A stretch of DNA of 8,633 nucleotides, taken from contig NW_003314342.1 in the NCBI RefSeq assembly GCF_000143415.4, positions 881,636 to 890,268 of the forward strand, given 5' to 3'. Position numbers and translations under genes: made by a program. Positions 7,957 to 8,633 of the stretch are shown in pieces. Under the pieces are notes generated by a model. It saw only the letters and a program-made list of their open reading frames with translations, had not been told where the DNA came from and did not search any database. Position 1 is the stretch's first letter. Every line of letters starts with the position of its first letter. Source of the stretch: Selaginella moellendorffii. Taxonomy: Eukaryota > Plantae > Lycopodiophyta.

Positions 7957-8325
7957 ACGTCCAGCACAAGATTCTCCGCCAGTGACACTAGAGAAGCAGG
8001 AATCTTTACAGGCCTTCCACAAGGATATTTGCGCACTGCTCCAACAAGCGGCTTTGACGCTCAGCCAAAAGCCTCCGGAATCGATGCTTTTGAGTGTGAC
8101 CCTGGGAGAAAGGATGATTGCTCCACAGCAACAGAGAACAGGAGAGTTTGGGGAAAGCTACTGAGAGCTCGACGTCTCAGTGTAAATGCTGTGAAAGTGA
8201 AGGATGGAAACCTAGTCGGGAGCTCAGCTCGCCAGGTGCTGTCACCAGTGCCCGAGACGAAGGAAAGTGGACGTGGAGAAGGTTTTGTTCGGATCCGGGA
8301 TGGAGGAAGCGGCAAAAGGCAAAAG

Positions 8326-8538
8326 ACTGCCAAGCAAATCGAGGAGATTGCGCTGGGATTGGAGGCAAGCAAGGTTCCTTTCCTCTGGGTGATACGATCA
8401 AACTCTGTTCTTGGCATGGACGAGGAGTTCCACAAAGGTTTCGTGAGCAGGACTGGCGGGAGAGGATTGTTTGTGAGCTGGGCGCTGCAGCTAGAGATCT
8501 TGCAGCACGAATCAACCGGGGCTTTTGTCACTCACTGT
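8326..8538 (+). pseudogene. Family-1 UDP-glycosyltransferase (UGT) internal fragment, truncated within the PSPG box
   Basis: TAKQIEEIALGLEASKVPFLWVIRS...RGLFVSWALQLEILQHESTGAFVTHC then S-stop. The PSPG consensus WAPQ..IL.H...G.F.THCGWNS is cut after HC, and the upstream YVSFGS motif is absent. Confidence 0.9.
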
Positions 8539-8620
8539 TCATGAGTTCGAATGTCCGAATGGCCGCCTGGGCCTCACCGGCTCGAGGGTAGGCCGCGACC
8601 ATGGCGTCGTAAGAAGTTAC
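8537..8620 (-). pseudogene. Isolated PPR motif fragment
   Basis: Minus translation VTSYDAMVAAYPRAGEAQAAIRTFELMN fits the PPR consensus V.SWNAMI.AYA..G....A...F..M. It is not in the supplied ORF track. Confidence 0.68.
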
Positions 8621-8633
8621 GTGTAATCACAAA

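Noticed and set aside
7736-8164. His/Arg-rich, Gly-rich and Trp-rich ORFs (7736-8164, 7821-8036, 7786-8022)
   Set aside because: These are alternative-frame readings of the CCA/CCG-rich duplication. The frame with real homology is the spliced NYN frame.
8029-8544. Intact 171-aa UGT gene
   Set aside because: Only the last ~71 codons are UGT-like, plant UGTs are ~450-500 aa and the PSPG box is truncated.

Overview
Eukaryotic land-plant DNA. A Selaginella-like lycophyte is inferred from the style of the PPR and UGT fragments, a 71-nt intron and a Tcn1/Galadriel-like chromovirus. No intact protein-coding gene is supported. The left two thirds is a retroelement nest. A decayed Ty3/gypsy chromovirus lies on the minus strand (RT, partial RNase H, integrase, chromodomain; ~2707-5070; candidate PPT/3' LTR start at 995-1010). 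Between its pol and that PPT sits a structurally complete 1106-bp non-coding LTR element (TRIM-like, 1075-2180) with 162-bp LTRs, a tRNA-iMet PBS, a PPT and a 5-bp TSD. This mini-element carries a young modular tandem array and a candidate Pol III A-box/B-box pair straddling the LTR-PBS junction. A decayed retropepsin lies on the opposite strand (~5756-6090). The right third is a mosaic of broken host genes: a PLS/E-class PPR pseudogene, an intron-retaining NYN nuclease fragment, a UDP-glycosyltransferase fragment cut inside its PSPG box, and an abutting single PPR motif. All alignments and translations were done by eye.
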